Source: an uncultured Verrucomicrobiae bacterium (GTDB lineage: Bacteria; Verrucomicrobiota; Verrucomicrobiia; Chthoniobacterales; UBA10450). From it: DNA of 64,000 nt. This document shows, piece after piece, positions 60,509 to 64,000 of the stretch (position 1 is the stretch's first letter; every line of letters begins with the position of its first letter). Location of the stretch: contig CAVWPA010000001.1 in assembly GCA_963756875.1 (NCBI GenBank), positions 288,001-352,000 on the forward strand, in the 5' to 3' direction. The notes beneath the pieces are model-generated. The model did not search any database, was not told the DNA's origin, and was given only the letters and a program-made list of their open reading frames with translations. The translations under genes were made by a program, and so were the position numbers.

Positions 60509-61585
60509 CTATTGGCTGCGGTAGAAATTTTCAATCAAAGGTTTAAAATTGTTTTCCTCCACTTGGACAATCGCCATTTCGCGCTTCGCATTCTCGGCAG
60601 AGTCGGACGCATGCGCGGCATTGACCATGATGGTCTGGCCGAATTCTTTTCGGATTGAGCCCGGCGGCGCCTTGGCGGGATCGGTCGGACCGAGCACGTC
60701 CCGGATTTTGCGCACCGCATCTTCGCCCTGATAAACAATGGCGATGCATTTTTCCGTACCCGGCGCGTCGCGCTTTTCGGGCGGGCATTCACCGGGCGAC
60801 ATGCCCGACATGAACGCCACGATGCTCTCCCAATTTTCGCGTCCGCTTTTTTCTCCCAGTTTCTCTTTCAGAACGGGCAACACGGGGCCGTAGAATTCCT
60901 CCGCTTGCGCGACGCTCATGCGATGGACCTTGAACCCGATCATGGAAAGGCCGGTACGCGAAAACACTTCAATCACACTGCCCGGCCGCAGATTCGGAAA
61001 TTTGAAATTGTCCGGCTTAATCAACACCAGCGTCTTCTCGACTTTTGCGCCTTTCGGAAAATGGACCGCGTCGTCGAGGATGCCGCCGTCGGAATCGGAA
61101 AATTCAGCCCAGAGTTTCAGGTCGCGCTGAACGGCCTTCGGATCGAACGCAGCCAATACTCCTGGTTCGAAGTAAGTCACTTTGCCCGACTCGTCCGTGA
61201 CGTAGTCACCGAATGTATCACGGATTGTCTCGCCGCTGGTGCGCTCGTGCACGATGTGTCCGACCGAGCGATGGATTTTATCGATCGCGTGCGGACCTCG
61301 AAAGATTAGAAAAAGCGCGCGCGGACGTTCTCCCTTGATCTCGCCTGTAAAATTTTTCAGCACATAATCGCGAATGAGTTCCTGCGTTGCGCGATGACCG
61401 GCTTCCGCTTCGGTCACGATTGTCTGCGCGTATCGCTTTACGAGTCCCGCGCTCGGCGCAAACATCCGCGCGGCGACGAGATCGAGTCCGGTGCGCGAAA
61501 TGAGCCGCGCGATGATCCATCCGGTGCGCGATTTGCGCATCGAGTATGGCGTGACGATGGCGTAGGCTAGTTCTTCGGTCTGCAT
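60509..61585 (-). CDS. ndk: Tandem two-domain nucleoside diphosphate kinase
   Basis: C-domain EKTLVLIKPD, GPTDPAKAPPGSIR, NAAHASDS; divergent N-domain ETIRDTFG, FEPGV. Confidence 0.9.
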   Translation of the reverse strand: MQTEELAYAIVTPYSMRKSRTGWIIARLISRTGLDLVAARMFAPSAGLVKRYAQTIVTEAEAGHRATQELIRDYVLKNFTGEIKGERPRALFLIFRGPHAIDKIHRSVGHIVHERTSGETIRDTFGDYVTDESGKVTYFEPGVLAAFDPKAVQRDLKLWAEFSDSDGGILDDAVHFPKGAKVEKTLVLIKPDNFKFPNLRPGSVIEVFSRTGLSMIGFKVHRMSVAQAEEFYGPVLPVLKEKLGEKSGRENWESIVAFMSGMSPGECPPEKRDAPGTEKCIAIVYQGEDAVRKIRDVLGPTDPAKAPPGSIRKEFGQTIMVNAAHASDSAENAKREMAIVQVEENNFKPLIENFYRSQ

Positions 61586-61695
61586 GATTGCTCCAGCGGC
61601 TTATGATTTAAACCGCGGGGTGCAGAAAACCGTAGCCGCCAAAGGCAAATTGAATCTAGCTGGCGGCTTCTCTCGCGCAAATCTGTTTTGCTTTA

Positions 61696-61757
61696 CTGTA
61701 GCGGCGGTCTGCGACCGTCGCATCGATTCTGGTCGGCGGTCATAGACCGCCGCTACA
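61696..61757. repeat. GTAGCGGCGGTC-type REP pair overlapping the prmA 3' end
   Basis: CTGTAGCGGCGGTCTGCGACCGTCGC ... CGGCGGTCATAGACCGCCGCTACA; same family at 18329-18361 and 38562-38590. Confidence 0.85.
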
Positions 61758-62564
61758 ACGCGCTAGAATCGCCAGCCATTTTCCGCGTCGCCTGACCGCT
61801 ACAGTATTGATTCTGTTGCGCTTCAAGGCCCGAACAAATTCTCTTTCCTGCTCACGTAAAACGCCCGATAAAATCAACCAGCGACCTTTTGTTAGTGCCG
61901 GCAGAATTTCCATTAGCAATTCGCTGAACAAGTTCGCGGTGACCATGTCGGTGCGGGGCGGCAATTTCCACGCCCGCACATCGGCAACCCGAAATTGCAC
62001 GTTGTCGATCCGGTTTGAGCGCGCGTTTTTTTTGGCCGTGGAAATGGCGATTGGATCGTCATCGATCGCAATGATCCGCCCCGCGCCGAGCCGTTTCCCC
62101 GCAAGCGCGAGAATTCCCGTGCCGGTGCCGAGATCGGCCATCGACCAACCGGCTTTCCAGGCGCGGGTGGTTTGTTCGAGCAATCGCAACGACATGGCCG
62201 TCGTTGCGTGTTCGCCTGTGCCGAATGCTCCCCCGGCCGGAATAAGGAGACTGTAGGGGAAGCTGCCAGCTTCTCGTTTTCCAGGGGAACGAACGATGAT
62301 CAGCCGCTTTCCAATCTTCAGCCTTCTGGCTGTCTGTTTGCGTGCGAACCGCTCCAGCCAATTCGTTGGCAATCTGTCAATGCGGCCGCCAAATTCCTTC
62401 GTGAGCGCTCGCAAATCCTTCGACGACTGGCACGCCGCCTCAACCTGCAATCGTTTCCTGATCGGTCGCTCGATGATGGCCAGCCGATCGCCCAGCCGCG
62501 ATTGCAACCTCTCCTCGTTCTCCGCCAACCACTGCGGAGTAGCTAGCCTTTGCCACAAATACAT
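61740..62564 (-). CDS. prmA: Ribosomal protein L11 methyltransferase
   Basis: AFGTGEHATT, DLGTGTGILA, IDDDP, VTANL, LILSGVL. Confidence 0.9.
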   Translation of the reverse strand: MYLWQRLATPQWLAENEERLQSRLGDRLAIIERPIRKRLQVEAACQSSKDLRALTKEFGGRIDRLPTNWLERFARKQTARRLKIGKRLIIVRSPGKREAGSFPYSLLIPAGGAFGTGEHATTAMSLRLLEQTTRAWKAGWSMADLGTGTGILALAGKRLGAGRIIAIDDDPIAISTAKKNARSNRIDNVQFRVADVRAWKLPPRTDMVTANLFSELLMEILPALTKGRWLILSGVLREQEREFVRALKRNRINTVAVRRRGKWLAILARCSGGL

Positions 62565-62578
62565 GCGTCAATCGTGCT

Positions 62579-63529
62579 GTGAAGCTTTTGGGTATTCATC
62601 ATATCACGGCCATCGCCACCGATCCGCAGCGTAATCTCGATTTTTACACGCGCCTGCTCGGGCTGCGTTTCGTGAAGCGGACGGTTAATTTCGACGATCC
62701 GCAGACCTACCATTTTTACTTTGGCGACCGAATGGGGAAACCGGGAACGGTGATTACCTTTTTTCCGTGGCCGGGCGCGCGGCGCGGCAGCCGTGGAAAC
62801 GGTCAAGTCGTGGCGGCCGGCTTCGCTGTTCCTCGTGACGCAATCGATTACTGGAAATCACGATTCAAGGATCATGGAGTTTTCTGTGAAGAGACATCAC
62901 CGCGTTTTGGAGACACGGTCCTGCGTTTTACCGATGCCGATGGGCTGATGCTCGAACTGGTGGGGTCGGTTCGTCTCAACGACGTCGATCTCAATTTCGA
63001 AGGCGAAGTTCCCAGGGAATTCGCTCTTCGAGGTTTTCACGCGCCATCGCTGGAAGTGGAAAAGGCGGACGCGCCCGAATTGCTGCTGACCGAAACGCTG
63101 GGCTTTGAGTTCGTCGAGCAGGAAAACCAGCGTCGGCGATTTTCGCTGAACACGGAGTTGACCAGCGCGACAATCGATTTAATCGAGCGGCCGGGCGGAG
63201 GATTCGGGCACGTCGCGGCCGGAACGGTGCACCACATCGCTTTCCGAGCGGCCACCGACAAGGAGCAAGTGGCCTGGCGTAAAAAAATCATCGATCTGGG
63301 CCTGGTCGTTACTCCGGTGATCGACCGGCAATATTTTCATTCGATTTATTTCCGCGAGCCGGGCGGCATCCTTTTCGAAATTGCGACCGAGAGTCCCGGG
63401 TTCGCGGTCGACGAACCGGTGGAACATCTCGGCGAAAATTTGGAATTGCCACCGCAATACGAGCCGATTCGCGCCGAGCTCGAGGCGTCGCTTCCGCCGA
63501 TTCGGTTGGCAGGAGAACGCAACGCGTGA
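62579..63529 (+). CDS. Ring-cleaving dioxygenase (MhqO-like, VOC family)
   Basis: GIHHITAI, VKRTVNFDDPQTYHFYFGD, GTVHHIAFR, DRQYFHSIYFREPGGILFEIAT. Confidence 0.93.
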   Translation: MKLLGIHHITAIATDPQRNLDFYTRLLGLRFVKRTVNFDDPQTYHFYFGDRMGKPGTVITFFPWPGARRGSRGNGQVVAAGFAVPRDAIDYWKSRFKDHGVFCEETSPRFGDTVLRFTDADGLMLELVGSVRLNDVDLNFEGEVPREFALRGFHAPSLEVEKADAPELLLTETLGFEFVEQENQRRRFSLNTELTSATIDLIERPGGGFGHVAAGTVHHIAFRAATDKEQVAWRKKIIDLGLVVTPVIDRQYFHSIYFREPGGILFEIATESPGFAVDEPVEHLGENLELPPQYEPIRAELEASLPPIRLAGERNA

Positions 63530-64000
63530 AAGATCTCGATTTCATTCACCATTTTGTCCCGGCGAAGAACGGCTCGTTCCGGACACTTTTGCTTTTGCAC
63601 GGCACCGGTGGGAACGAAAATCAGCTGCTGGAGCTGGGGAGGGCGATCGATCCCTCCGCTGCTCTTTTAAGTCCGCGCGGCAAGATTTTGGAAAACGGCG
63701 CGCCACGCTTCTTTCGTCGTCTGTCGGAGGGCGTGTTCGATGAAGCCGACGTAGTTGCCCGCGCGGAGGAGCTCTCCCGTTTCGTTGGGCAGGCTACAGC
63801 CGGTTATGCGATCGACGCAAAGGGGTTGGTCGCGGTTGGATATTCCAACGGCGCAAACATCGCGGCGGCGATGATGTTGCTTGGCATCGCCGGCTTTTCG
63901 AGCGCGATCCTGCTGCGGTCCATGGTCCCGCTTTCTCGCCTGGACCTGCCGGCCCCGACACCAGGACGCGTATTGCTTTTGGCCGGAGAATCTGATCCAA
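63526..64000 (+). CDS. Alpha/beta hydrolase (MhqD-like carboxylesterase), truncated by window end
   Basis: GTG overlaps the upstream stop; LLLLHGTGGNE, LSPRG, RFFRR, VGYSNGANIA. Confidence 0.9.
   Translation, partial: MKDLDFIHHFVPAKNGSFRTLLLLHGTGGNENQLLELGRAIDPSAALLSPRGKILENGAPRFFRRLSEGVFDEADVVARAEELSRFVGQATAGYAIDAKGLVAVGYSNGANIAAAMMLLGIAGFSSAILLRSMVPLSRLDLPAPTPGRVLLLAGESDP

Overview
GC-rich bacterial DNA whose gene content (PEP-CTERM protein, TIGR03790-like protein, lpxC-fabZ fusion, tandem NDK) suggests Verrucomicrobia, probably Chthoniobacterales (inference). 1-13 kb is a minus-strand alpha-glucan locus: a PEP-CTERM protein, a ~8.9 kb secreted GH13 + GH57-like fusion and a second large GH13. 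All three are broken by many small indels, probably sequencing errors. The rest is mostly housekeeping: argCJBDF, floA, tRNA-Leu(CAA), amtB, a Ser/Thr kinase and FHA-cyclase cluster, an ECF sigma module, a GH26/GH-discoidin/GH18-CE4-GT2 cluster, glxK, gatB, aroC, CBS/CGL, rpsA, lpxA, lpxC-fabZ, a GH57 branching enzyme, an aminotransferase, ndk, prmA and mhqO/mhqD-like genes. Three things stand out. (1) A dense set of REP-like palindromes and short tandem repeats, several of them translated in frame inside conserved enzymes (ArgJ, glycerate kinase, GH57 branching enzyme, PrmA, anti-sigma factor) or supplying stop codons. (2) A 2.35 kb non-autonomous IS1-like transposon with perfect 19-bp terminal IRs and an 8-bp target duplication, carrying a Schlafen/AlbA_2-type gene. 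(3) The giant GH13-GH57 fusion, whose GH57 acid/base residue looks substituted. All family calls are from motif recognition by eye; no searches were run.
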